From Corallochytrium limacisporum Hawaii (taxonomy: Eukaryota > Protista > Pluriformea): 64,000 nt of DNA. Shown piece by piece: positions 44,685-55,093 of the stretch (position 1 is its first letter; the number at the start of each line of letters is the position of its first letter). A program made the position numbers and the translations under genes. Under the pieces are notes generated by a model. That model was not told the DNA's origin. It saw only the letters and a program-made list of their open reading frames with translations, and searched no databases. Where the stretch lies: positions 78,749 through 142,748 of the forward strand of contig PDIP01000008.1 in NCBI GenBank assembly GCA_002811645.1. The letters run 5' to 3'.

Positions 44685-45753
44685 TGCAGCGAATAAGCCA
44701 AATATGACACCACTGGTTCCCAAAATTGATGGTTAAATTTATTATTTAAATCTAAGCCTTCACACCATCTTGATTCCGCCTCTTTCTTCTATATTATGTA
44801 AACACCCGACCAATAGTCGCTGTTCGCTTGACTTCTGGTCACGTCACGTCATATTGCCATAGCAAGTTCTTCTTTTGAATACCTTTTTTTGAATACCATT
44901 CAAAAGAATCTTCCCTTGATCGCTTCTGTGAATACGAAGCACATGAATTTAAAGGTAGAATAGGGACAACCGGATGGGTGTCCAAACCTTTGTTGGTCCA
45001 AGTGCTATCTTGCCTTCAGATGGCTTCTGCTGAGCTATTCTCCACTGCGAAGAATTGAACCGTGCACCTTCCCCCGGCTACCCTCACCCGACTGGGGGCG
45101 TGGCTTCGGTCTGGTACTGAAAGGCCTCGGCTTTACTGCTTCTTTGCCCCAGAAACTCAGAAACTCGCTCAGACGAACGGCTGGAGAGTGGGGCAATGGG
45201 GGGGGTGGTTTAACGATAGGTCCTGGACTTTCAAAGTAACTCGTCTGGGGTACTCAATCCTGCTGCAATTTTTCGGTATTTAGTCTATATGCCTGCTTCA
45301 GTTCTCATGCTTGATGTCGTCGCGATAAATATGACTTTCTATGGTTGACAGCATTTCGTCCGTCATATGTCCGCCTCCCTTTCTTAGCCAAACTTCCTCC
45401 TCTTGATCACCAAACCAGCCCGCAGTATTTTAATCCATTTAAATATTTTGTTAGGGGTTTGCTAATTTCCATGGGTGCGGAACGGGTGAGGGTGAGTCGG
45501 TCTCGCTGATGGCCCGCGGCCCGTGACGGTGTTGGCGTGGACTTTTGGCGCGGTTCGCAGGTGATCCCATGTGCGGAATCAGCCGAAGATATTTGAAGAC
45601 TGGGATGTGGGAATTGGATATCAGGCAGTTTTCTGTTATAGAACAATGGGCAAACCAAAACCGCAGGGAACAATGAGCACAATAGCTAGATTTATGGCTT
45701 TCATTTGGTAGGGACTACCCCATACCAGAATCAAGACTGGAGCGCTGCTCAGA

Positions 45754-47379
45754 ATGAATCACGGGGACGATACTGCGCCACGGGCTCTCTCAAAGCGTGA
45801 ACAACGGAGACGCGATTATGAGCTAGATGAAGCACGTAAGGCTGGCACAGCCCTTCCAGAACGTGATGAAAAGGGTGAAGTGATCAACCCGCACCTGCCT
45901 AAATTTATTCGAAGTGCGCCTTGGTATGCGGATAGAGGCCATCCTTCTCTTAGCCACCAACGGAAAGATAAGGGGGCAGAGAGTGAAAAGAAAGAAATTG
46001 AAGCCGGTAAGAATGGGCTTTGGTACAAACGTGGACGAGAGGCCAAGGATTTCTCCGATGTTGGAAGCAAGTTCCGCAAGGGAGCTTGTGAGAACTGCGG
46101 AGCAATGGGACACAAACGGAAGGACTGTCTTGAAAGGCCCCGCAAGCGCACAGCAAAAGGCATGGGAACCACTCTCACAGCAGAAGATATGGCGCAGCCG
46201 GAGATGACGCACACTTTTGAGAGCAAGCGTGACCGTTACGCGGGATATGATCCGAAGCAGTACAAGAGCGTGGTACAGAAGTTTGCATTGTTAAGGAAAC
46301 TAAAGAATGACATGAAGAAGGATGGTCATGATAAACGAGAAGCAGATGAAGCTGAAGATGTTTTCAGATTGTTGGAAGGTGAAGATCCGAACGATTCCGA
46401 GCTGCGTGCCATCCTGGAGGAATTGGCGGAGATTTCGGAAGGGTCTGATGATGACGAAGAAGACAGGGAACGTTGGAGCCAACTGACGGACGCAGAACGG
46501 CAAGAAATTGATGCGCTGAGGGCCGGGAGAGGAAAGGAACACAACCTGCGCCTCCGTGAAGACACTGCCAAGTATCTTCGCAATTTAGATCCAGATTCTG
46601 CACACTACGATCCGAAGAGCCGTAGCATGCAGGAGGATCCGTACTCGGGGAAGGACACCGCCTCAGCAATAGCTGCTTACCACGGCGATAATTTTGAAAG
46701 GTACACGGGGGAGGTCAAGAAAGTCACAGAGCAACAGGTTCTGGCCTGGGAGCTTGCGGAGAAAGGTAAGCTGCAAGCTGACCTGTTTGCGGAGCCGACC
46801 AGGGCGGCACAGAGCTTAGCGCATGTAGTCGAAGCCAAGGAAGAACGAAAACGGGAGATTGCTGATGCCATTCGGGAAAAGTACGGTGATGGCGGCGGTG
46901 CAGTAAAGCGACCATCAGCATCTGCTGAAACAGAAGAGCCAGACACTCATGGCCATACAGAACAGTGGGCCTCCTGGAACGACACGGAGGGTAATCCAGG
47001 GTATGCTTGCTGCCACAATATCATCAAGAACTCTATTTGCACCGGACAGGCTGGCCGGAAAGCGCAGACTGCGCAAGTGGCTATGCAGGAACAGGCCAAG
47101 CAAGGACAAGAGCAGCAGAAACCGAAGTCATTGGTGGAGGAGCATGAGGAACAGTTAAGGAAAGGTTTGGTACAGACCAAGACCATTCCTGCTGATGCCA
47201 CATATGCTGACTTCCACAGCAAGCAAGGCAGTGATAGTTACAATGAAATGGAAGTCCAAGATGCAATGAAGCGCCTGCAAGACAATACAGTCACCACGGA
47301 CGAACCAACACATGCTGAGCTTGAAGCGTATCGACGGTTGAAGCAGGCGAAGGACGATCCCATGGCCGTAAAGAAATAA
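45754..47379 (+). CDS. SLU7: Pre-mRNA splicing factor SLU7
   Basis: INPHLPKFI..APWY, zinc knuckle CENCGAMGHKRKDCLERPR, NLRLREDTAKYLRNLD..SAHYDPKSRSM and terminal DDPMA. Confidence 0.95.
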   Translation: MNHGDDTAPRALSKREQRRRDYELDEARKAGTALPERDEKGEVINPHLPKFIRSAPWYADRGHPSLSHQRKDKGAESEKKEIEAGKNGLWYKRGREAKDFSDVGSKFRKGACENCGAMGHKRKDCLERPRKRTAKGMGTTLTAEDMAQPEMTHTFESKRDRYAGYDPKQYKSVVQKFALLRKLKNDMKKDGHDKREADEAEDVFRLLEGEDPNDSELRAILEELAEISEGSDDDEEDRERWSQLTDAERQEIDALRAGRGKEHNLRLREDTAKYLRNLDPDSAHYDPKSRSMQEDPYSGKDTASAIAAYHGDNFERYTGEVKKVTEQQVLAWELAEKGKLQADLFAEPTRAAQSLAHVVEAKEERKREIADAIREKYGDGGGAVKRPSASAETEEPDTHGHTEQWASWNDTEGNPGYACCHNIIKNSICTGQAGRKAQTAQVAMQEQAKQGQEQQKPKSLVEEHEEQLRKGLVQTKTIPADATYADFHSKQGSDSYNEMEVQDAMKRLQDNTVTTDEPTHAELEAYRRLKQAKDDPMAVKK

Positions 47380-47443
47380 AGAAATTAGAACTACATGCAA
47401 TTTTCGTATGTTTTTGGACTATTTGGTGCGGCTTAGTTCACTA

Positions 47444-50296
47444 CTAATCGAACGGAATGACAACGGAACGGTATCGTACGTAATCGCGAATGATCCAGAA
47501 TGAGGAGCGGATCTGTTTTTCCGTATGGCTTTCTCGCATGGATGTAAAGAATTGGTGCTTCACACGTTCGCTCACCACGAGATTGTCAATCTCTTCCAGG
47601 ATCCGCTGCAGAATGGCGTCAAAGCGTCGCTCAATGATTTGGTGAATGAGCCACAGTAGCTCCGCAATGTCCACCAGGACGTACCGTGGCAAGTCGAAGG
47701 CCACAGCAAGGAAACGACGTATCAGGCTGTAGTCGTACTGCTTTAGAAAATCGGTCGTGACACCGAAGGTGATAGAGCTTGCACCGCCATCGTTGTTTAA
47801 TCCTTCGGACAGAACCTTGGAATACAGTTCGCATACACTGCCGTTGGCTTCCCGGTGGTCCATGCACACTCCGTGATAGGCCAGCTGCATGACCAACGCG
47901 AACAGATCGCTGGTCATAAAGTCTACGGGATACCACTTGAGCATCTTGCACTGCAGACGGAAGAAGTCTTCGACGACATGCGGACTGTTGGTGAAGTCTT
48001 CCAAGCTCTGAAGTTTGCCAAACACCTGCTGGCACATCAGGCGATGCATGTCGAGCAGAGGCTGCCGAAACGTATCACCGTACGGTCCGAGTACGTCCAT
48101 CAGTGTACACGCGACGTAGAGGTAGGCACTCTGACCACTGGCATGGTATGCTTTGGCTAGAAAATCGACAAGCGGCATGAAGAAATTCTGGGCTAAGATA
48201 CCCAAGTTCTTGATCAGGTACCGAATGCATCGGCACAGATTCTCTGTCATCCGCGTCTCATTTGTGTACAATTCAGCTGTTTTCTCAAAGTAAGGATACA
48301 ATTCCTCGGCAAGCGCGACCATAGGATTTTTTTCATGGCTGCGCTGTTGTGCAGGTGGGATCTCTACGCTCCGAAAGATGTGGCTCAGCGAGTACAGTAC
48401 ATTCTCCAATCTTGTCTTCTCTCGCGACTTGATCCGTTGATCGTTGTCCACCTGACTTGACCACTGTAACAGCTGCACCAAATCAGAAATGAAAGGACGA
48501 CATAGGTCATTGAGAGCGACCTGCATTTGTTCAGGTGGCATATGCAAAATGACAGCCATGGTACCCTCCAGTGCGTCATTGTATTCCGCTGGTGAGACAT
48601 GCGACTGCTCAGCGGCGGTCAGGAAGTGTTTAACCGTGTTCAAATGCTGCACAACGTTGGCACGGCTGGACAAGAGTACTCTACGTAGAGCGCGGCAGCT
48701 ATAGTGTTGCAGGTCCTTCACCTGGACTGTCATGATACAGATCTGCAGGAATTCGCCTACGAATTCGCTGTGTGTACGCAACCAATCGTCCAATCGACCG
48801 AGCAACTGCAACGAAGTCGCTCTCAGGCATGGGTGATTTCCATCCTTAGCAAACGACACTGCAGTGGCAAAGACATCCCGTGCCATGCGCGACTGATCCG
48901 CATCAATCATGGTGATGATCCACGAAATACAGAAGAGACGCGACTCCACAAGTTTCCAGTGTACATTTCCTGCGGTCAGTCCCCCAGCATGGCCATTGCT
49001 TACGCCTTGGAAATTGTTCAGAAGTAGTTGGATGCACGGTTCCACGTCGACCATTAGCACGCAATCCTCTAAGATCTCCGCTGCTTTCTCGCGCCGGTAG
49101 ACAGCTTCGTCGTTCTTTGACAGAATCTTTTCTACGTCCTCCGGTAGCTGAACCAGGTCAGCCAGCGTCAGAACCAGCTGCTCAAAGTAGGGTCGGAAAG
49201 TGGGGATCACCGCCGGACGATTTGCATCGATTCCATTGGCCAACTGGTACCAGAATCCAAGACATACTTCACTAATCTCGTAGTCTCCATACTTCGTACA
49301 CACCAGAATCACCTCCACGATCTCCAGCCAAGCTTCCGAGGCTTGATCAATAATCATGTCTACAAAGCTCTCACCAAGATCGCAGAAAACCACAGCCAGA
49401 TGCAGGATGGTCTCCGTGTCTTCTTCGTTTATGGCCTTAGCCAGATTCTGCCGCAGGCTCATGACGGCAGGCACAATCTTTGCCATTAACGGATCGTATT
49501 GCTGACGATCGTCACAAACGTACAAAATAGCAGAAATGGCCTCACATGCCGCATCCGTGAGCATCGGCAAACTCACAGCTTCAAAAGTAAAGGAAAGGAT
49601 TGGAGATTCAGCTAATTGTACAATCTCCAGGCACTCGTATCTTACCCAAGCAGCCAGACAGCGGAACAGAGCGCGATAGTTCGCGGCAAGTGTTGCCTCA
49701 TCAAGCGAATTTCCTTGTGACGGACTAAGTGCTGAAAAGCACTTGTTCATTGTGTCTAAAGCCTGGTTGCCGAAGCGATACAACTCATCCCGGAACTCAT
49801 ACCGCCGCTCATCATCAACGCGCACCTTGTAGTTACCAGTCTCATCCGGCAGTGATAGTAGGAGTTCGATCAAAGGCAAGAACTCGGAAGTGTTTTGGAC
49901 CTGATTGAAAAGACCCAAAACTGGTCGAATGGGTTCCTTCCAATCCTCAAATTGCAGCGCAAGGTCTGCCACAGCAGGCGCCAACTGCCTGATCAGTATG
50001 GGCTCCGTACGGTTTCCCGGTTGCGTAACAATATGCAACAGTGAGTCTCGTAGGGACGGCAGAGACTCCTTGGGCAGCTCCACAAGGTCGTCTTCTATTT
50101 TCCGTCGCATGGTCATTGCTGCAAACACTTTTGCATCCAAGGGTACATCAGTTGTGTTCAGAATTATGTCGCAGACCTGCCAGGCCTCTTGCGACTTCTG
50201 TACCTGCTCCAACCATGTCTGTACACTAACGTCACCGCCATGCATACGCTGCAGCGCTGCGAGCACTTCTTGCGCCTGAGCGTTTGGATCTGACAT
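47444..50296 (-). CDS. TNPO3: Transportin-3 / Mtr10 (importin-beta family)
   Basis: WLEQVQKSQEAW, FAAMTMRRKI..DL.ELP..SLRDSLL, CLGFWYQL and PHVVEDFFRL. First ATG is 50296; the track start at 50323 is GTG. Confidence 0.88.
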   Translation of the reverse strand: MSDPNAQAQEVLAALQRMHGGDVSVQTWLEQVQKSQEAWQVCDIILNTTDVPLDAKVFAAMTMRRKIEDDLVELPKESLPSLRDSLLHIVTQPGNRTEPILIRQLAPAVADLALQFEDWKEPIRPVLGLFNQVQNTSEFLPLIELLLSLPDETGNYKVRVDDERRYEFRDELYRFGNQALDTMNKCFSALSPSQGNSLDEATLAANYRALFRCLAAWVRYECLEIVQLAESPILSFTFEAVSLPMLTDAACEAISAILYVCDDRQQYDPLMAKIVPAVMSLRQNLAKAINEEDTETILHLAVVFCDLGESFVDMIIDQASEAWLEIVEVILVCTKYGDYEISEVCLGFWYQLANGIDANRPAVIPTFRPYFEQLVLTLADLVQLPEDVEKILSKNDEAVYRREKAAEILEDCVLMVDVEPCIQLLLNNFQGVSNGHAGGLTAGNVHWKLVESRLFCISWIITMIDADQSRMARDVFATAVSFAKDGNHPCLRATSLQLLGRLDDWLRTHSEFVGEFLQICIMTVQVKDLQHYSCRALRRVLLSSRANVVQHLNTVKHFLTAAEQSHVSPAEYNDALEGTMAVILHMPPEQMQVALNDLCRPFISDLVQLLQWSSQVDNDQRIKSREKTRLENVLYSLSHIFRSVEIPPAQQRSHEKNPMVALAEELYPYFEKTAELYTNETRMTENLCRCIRYLIKNLGILAQNFFMPLVDFLAKAYHASGQSAYLYVACTLMDVLGPYGDTFRQPLLDMHRLMCQQVFGKLQSLEDFTNSPHVVEDFFRLQCKMLKWYPVDFMTSDLFALVMQLAYHGVCMDHREANGSVCELYSKVLSEGLNNDGGASSITFGVTTDFLKQYDYSLIRRFLAVAFDLPRYVLVDIAELLWLIHQIIERRFDAILQRILEEIDNLVVSERVKHQFFTSMRESHTEKQIRSSFWIIRDYVRYRSVVIPFD

Positions 50297-50746
50297 CACG
50301 TTTATTTGTACTATGATGGACACTCTCGGGAGTGTCTCTCTACTATGTGATCATATTGAAGCCGTGCTCAATGACGCGCATATCGGCAGTGTGGTGTGCA
50401 TGGGTCCTTCGTTTGAAGTTTCCCTTGCAGATTATTATCTCAAGACAGGCGCCTGTAATAAGTAGCAACACACGAAAGACCTTTGTCTGAAGCGGGCACC
50501 ATTGTGTTCATCGAATGCCACGGGGTCTTCATTGTGTCGTCTCAGCATGGCGCACCCGTCCGTACCTTCTCCGCCGGCTAAGAGACCGACCCTCGCGGGA
50601 CTAAAGCTGAACCTATTGCCGCCCATATTGAATTCCAATTAATGACTTTAAAATGTTAGGGGTCATCTTATTTGATACGGTGGGACATTGAGAAGGGATA
50701 GTGGACATAGTGGGGGGATGCGAATGAGTCCCTAAAGTTCTTTATT

Positions 50747-52624
50747 TCATCTACCAGCAGCCATGTTGTGCCAAACAACCGCAGTGTCCTGCTCGGTACG
50801 GATCGGAATGTTGGACTTCAGGTTGAAGATCCGGCTAAGAATGAGCGAGAAGAGCTCACGAATGTTGATACCATCCGCGGCACTGCAAAAGATAAGCACG
50901 GCATTCAGTTCCTTGGCAATTGCCAATGACTCTTGCTGCACCTTGATGCGTTCGGCATCCGGTAGCTCGATGAACTTATCGTACTTGGTGCCCGCAATGA
51001 TGGGCGCTGCATTGGGGTTGCCCGACATGGCCAATTGGTACCAATCCTTTAATGCCTCTAGCGAATACGGCTCACTGAGATCATAGACGTAAATCAGCGC
51101 CTCCGATTCCCGCGTGACTGTCGGGAAGCTGACCTTCTTAAGAGTCATCTCTGTACGCAGCCCAAGATCCCAGATGCTGAAGAGCACGGCATTACCGCGG
51201 ATGACAATCTTCTTTTCGTAGTTTTGTACCCGCTTGGTAGAATTGTAGGTGCGATCGAAATTCTGCGAGATGAAGCGATTGATGATGGATGTCTTACCCA
51301 CTCCGTGGTCACCCAGAACTCCAACTTTGACAATGATTGCCGGCCGGGCAGCTGAGCTCATATTTGAAGTCAAGGACGTGATGGTGTTCTGCCGAGAGCT
51401 TGTATCTGAAGTCGATGACGCGGGAGATTGACTACCCGGTTGTACCTTCTCCACCAGAGAGGTCAACTGGTTGCCCTCTGCGCTCTTCCTCAAGTTCAAA
51501 CTGTTGTTCTTTGACTCTGCGTCGACGCCACTGTCCGTGGAACTCATGGAAGTCTGTGCACCTACCGCATTATTGGCCGCAGCAGCGGCTTGTTCCTTGG
51601 CTAGCTGCGCAGAAATGGCAACACCTTCTTCTTCTTTGAGCGATATTGTGGCCTCACTGATCACATCATCGAACATATTTGTGACCTTGTTCACTTCATC
51701 TTCCTCAGTAGTGGGCGTGTCTATGCTTTTGGTAGTTCCAACCGCGCTCTGCTGCTCTGCGACAATGCTTTCCAGCTCCTTCATGATCTCATCTTGATCA
51801 AGGCTCATTTCCCGCAGATCAGGATTCTCCATGCTAACATCCCGTGTTGATGATGCATTGGATGCCGCCAAAGTGGACTGTGAACCAGACGTGTACCGAA
51901 TATTGCCTGCTGCCTGGCTGCTCACATTGCTATGAAGACTGCCCTTCCTTCCTACGAGCGTTGCGTTGCTGTCTTGTGTTTCTAGCGGGGCTTCTTCCGG
52001 AATGCTTTGTCTGCCGCCATCCTCTGCAGATGAATTCCGTTTCGCCATTGCTGCTCCGGCGCGTCTGCTCACAGTCGTGTAGTCCTTTTCCTTTATACCC
52101 GCGCTGTTGTCAGACAGCCATTGCTGGAGGCCCTCAATCCAGACCTGGGTATTATCTCCTGAATTCCTGCGCCATACAGAAGGCGGAGGAACAACAATTT
52201 CATTGCCTTCAATGCTTAACTCATCGACAGCAAGATTTTGTAGGTACGGAGGCAAGTGTGTGATCCGGTTGTAGCTCATGTCTAGCTTCTTTAGTAGCGC
52301 CATCCATTCGGGTTCCTTAGGAGGCCATGTTGCTACCTTGTTATGTCCCATAAGTAATACTCGAAGGTTCCGCAGCTGCGAAATTTCATTGGGAATTTCT
52401 CTTAAGCGGTTCCACCGCAGATCTAGCTTGTATAGCAAGTGTAGGCTGTTCAGCGAAGCTGGACACTTCTTCAGCTGGTTCCTGCAGACGACAAGACACT
52501 GTAAGTGCTCCTTTAACAGACTAACCTCTGCAGGGATGCTTTTTAAATTCTGCCCGGACAGATCCAAATCCTTGGACTTGCCTTCTTTGGCTTCACGCAA
52601 TTTGCGTGATACTGCGCTGCCCAT
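50747..52624 (-). CDS. Predicted N-myristoylated LRR protein fused to a C-terminal Spg1/Tem1-like small GTPase domain
   Basis: MGSAVS N-terminus and about 6 LRRs (LDLSGQNL, LDLRWNRL, LLMGHNKV, LDMSYNRI). Ser/acidic linker. G domain GDHGVGKTS, FSIWDLG, GTKYD and LIFCS. Confidence 0.85.
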   Translation of the reverse strand: MGSAVSRKLREAKEGKSKDLDLSGQNLKSIPAEVSLLKEHLQCLVVCRNQLKKCPASLNSLHLLYKLDLRWNRLREIPNEISQLRNLRVLLMGHNKVATWPPKEPEWMALLKKLDMSYNRITHLPPYLQNLAVDELSIEGNEIVVPPPSVWRRNSGDNTQVWIEGLQQWLSDNSAGIKEKDYTTVSRRAGAAMAKRNSSAEDGGRQSIPEEAPLETQDSNATLVGRKGSLHSNVSSQAAGNIRYTSGSQSTLAASNASSTRDVSMENPDLREMSLDQDEIMKELESIVAEQQSAVGTTKSIDTPTTEEDEVNKVTNMFDDVISEATISLKEEEGVAISAQLAKEQAAAAANNAVGAQTSMSSTDSGVDAESKNNSLNLRKSAEGNQLTSLVEKVQPGSQSPASSTSDTSSRQNTITSLTSNMSSAARPAIIVKVGVLGDHGVGKTSIINRFISQNFDRTYNSTKRVQNYEKKIVIRGNAVLFSIWDLGLRTEMTLKKVSFPTVTRESEALIYVYDLSEPYSLEALKDWYQLAMSGNPNAAPIIAGTKYDKFIELPDAERIKVQQESLAIAKELNAVLIFCSAADGINIRELFSLILSRIFNLKSNIPIRTEQDTAVVWHNMAAGR

Positions 52625-55093
52625 GTTGTTGGCTTATATTTTGCTACTTTTCCGCTGTTTTAGTATCCTAGGTCATGGTTCGACCCATTTCGCTACCATT
52701 TCGTCAATTTATCATTCACAATTGGATCAATGGAGCATGACTTGACCATGAACTGAGAGTCAAGTACCGTGTGTGCATGTTCTGTTTTGTCTACCACCCT
52801 GTCGGACTCCTTCAAAAAGATATTTCTTGTCTGAAACACCATGTCACTGGAAACTTTAAATGAGAGTTTTGCCCAGCAGCGAGTGCATCGTTTCACGTCC
52901 AATTACAAAAAATGAAACTAAATGCAATCGGAAACATTGTAAGCTTGTCACAAACATAGAAGCAGCACAGCAGAGCGAAGCACCTCTAAATTAAGAACCC
53001 CTGTTCACAATGCGAGGCAGGAAAAAGGCCTGAACCAGACTGAGCCCGGATCACACGGACCTCATTTCTTGCCCAGTTGAGCGAGGGCCCCTCGCCCCTC
53101 TCCTTTCGCCCCGGAAACCCACGGTCGCGCACAGCAGCAGCGATAGCCGCACCACTTCGCCGAAGTGTCACATAGAAAAGTAGCAGACCCGAAAATGCAG
53201 GCCCATACACTGGGTAACGAGACATTAAACTGGAAAAAGTAAGCGGGAAAGAAAATAAGGGAAAAAATAGAGTGGCCGAGGCACACACAGCAAGAAAAGA
53301 AAAGGCAAGAAGAAAGAATGAACGGTTTCGCGCTTTTGAGGCCCGCGCGAAAAAAAGGGAATCGAAAATTCGGGCCGGCCTTTTTCTCAAGGTGTTCGCC
53401 TCCCTGCGCAGGGAGAGTCGAAAACCTCCTTCTTATCTATATGTCATTTCCAACAATCATCATAAATGCTAGGACAAGCTCTCTGGCTTACGCTTTAGCC
53501 GCCTTCCCAGAATCCCCCCACACTCTTGAACGCCATGGGGTTCCCCTCGAGCGATAACGTAGGTGGGTTCTGTACTGGAATGCATGCAGGTGCAAGCCAA
53601 ATGAAGTGGCACACGCACACGCACACACACACCCACCCGATGTGCTACACCGGGATGTAACCGATTCTGCGTATTCGCGATGGATAAAGTTGCCAAAAGA
53701 AGAAATTAGACAGAACAAATTCGAAACGTCCCGCTAACGGTGTGTTCTGTAGTTTCAATGGTACACGCAGAAGGTATTGCCGCGAACCCGACACGGCAGC
53801 ATGACTGAGAATCGCGGCAGCGGCCACCAGCAGTAGCGGCGGGCACCGTCCGAGGACGAAACTAACCAATTTTTCGTAAGCGAGAGAGGGTAGAAATCAT
53901 CCACCGAGACAAAATATTGGCCAATGCTGGCGCGCGGAGGGAGAATTCGTGGACCACTGCCGACAAATGAACAAAAGGTAAGCGGGAAGGGGATAGATGA
54001 GCTGCGATGGGAAGCTGCCGAAACCCATGCTTCCCTTTTACTTGATCATCTTTTGAACTGGGCTCCGGTCGTTTGCGATGCACCACTTGGACACTCGGGT
54101 CCACGATGCATTGATTGAGAAGGAAAGGCAGGGCTGGACCACACGGGAAGGTCTGAAACACTTGATCAAAACACCAAAGAATGCTTGAGAACCTACTACC
54201 AACAGGGACACCACAATGAAGTAGTTAACAATCGATTACTTTAGGAAGAGGGTCCTTCAGCGGGAGGGAAGCAATGGGGTTCCCTCCGACAGACAAACAG
54301 GGGACTATGGCGGAGAGTTTCCCTGCCCCCCCGTGACAAGGGGACTTCGCTGTTTTCTGAAACCCCACTCCCGCCCCCGTTGGGTGCGGTGGGGAGGGGA
54401 CCCAACTGTTTCAGTGTCCGAACCCGTTCGGGTTGCTTCGAAAACTTCAGTGTTTCAACGTGAGAACTGGGTTTAGGACGAAAGACCCTACGGCCGCCGT
54501 GTGAAGGGGGGGTGAAGCTGATGTCAACGAAGGGTGACGCTGCGACGCGGTCACAGCCTCATAATTTCATACAGTTAGTACTGAAATTGATCAATCCTCC
54601 AACGACGGTTGGGGGGGGGTTGTTGTTGTTGGTGGGGGGCGGGAAAACAAGGAGGCGGGGAGGAGGAGAGTGTTGTCTTGGCTCCGATCCGTACGCGCAT
54701 CGAATGCTGAAATGGCGTGGGGAGGGGAGTCCACTTTCGTGCTAACCGGGCCCCGGCCATTTGAATTCAATATACGGAAACACCGGGCGATTCGGGTCTG
54801 TGCAGGAGCGAAGGAGAAAAAGCCGGCGGACGGGTGGCGCGCGCCCGGGTTTGATCGTGAAAGTGTCGGCGGGCCACCAGAGTTTGCGAGCTTGAAGGTT
54901 CGCCTCGCCACACACAGGAGACACAAGCTATCTGACATTTCTATGTCCGGAAGTGAAAGACGTCGTGGAGTCTAGACAACCATGAGGGCACCATTATGGT
55001 GTTAACTGTATGGTGGTCAAGTTGTGATCTAATTTTGCAACTGGGAAATCATGACATAGAACGAGTTAGTTAGTCCTTTGACCCTCAGCTAAG

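Noticed and set aside
50747-52624. Roco/LRRK assignment for the LRR-GTPase
   Set aside because: There is no COR or kinase domain, the G domain is terminal, and it carries Spg1/Tem1 signatures.
1817-53680. TCGCGA palindromes in several spacers
   Set aside because: The roughly seven intergenic copies are close to chance expectation for a hexamer.
54145-54156. GGGAAGGTCTGA resembling RNase P CR-I
   Set aside because: No complementary TCAGAC CR-V segment was found downstream.
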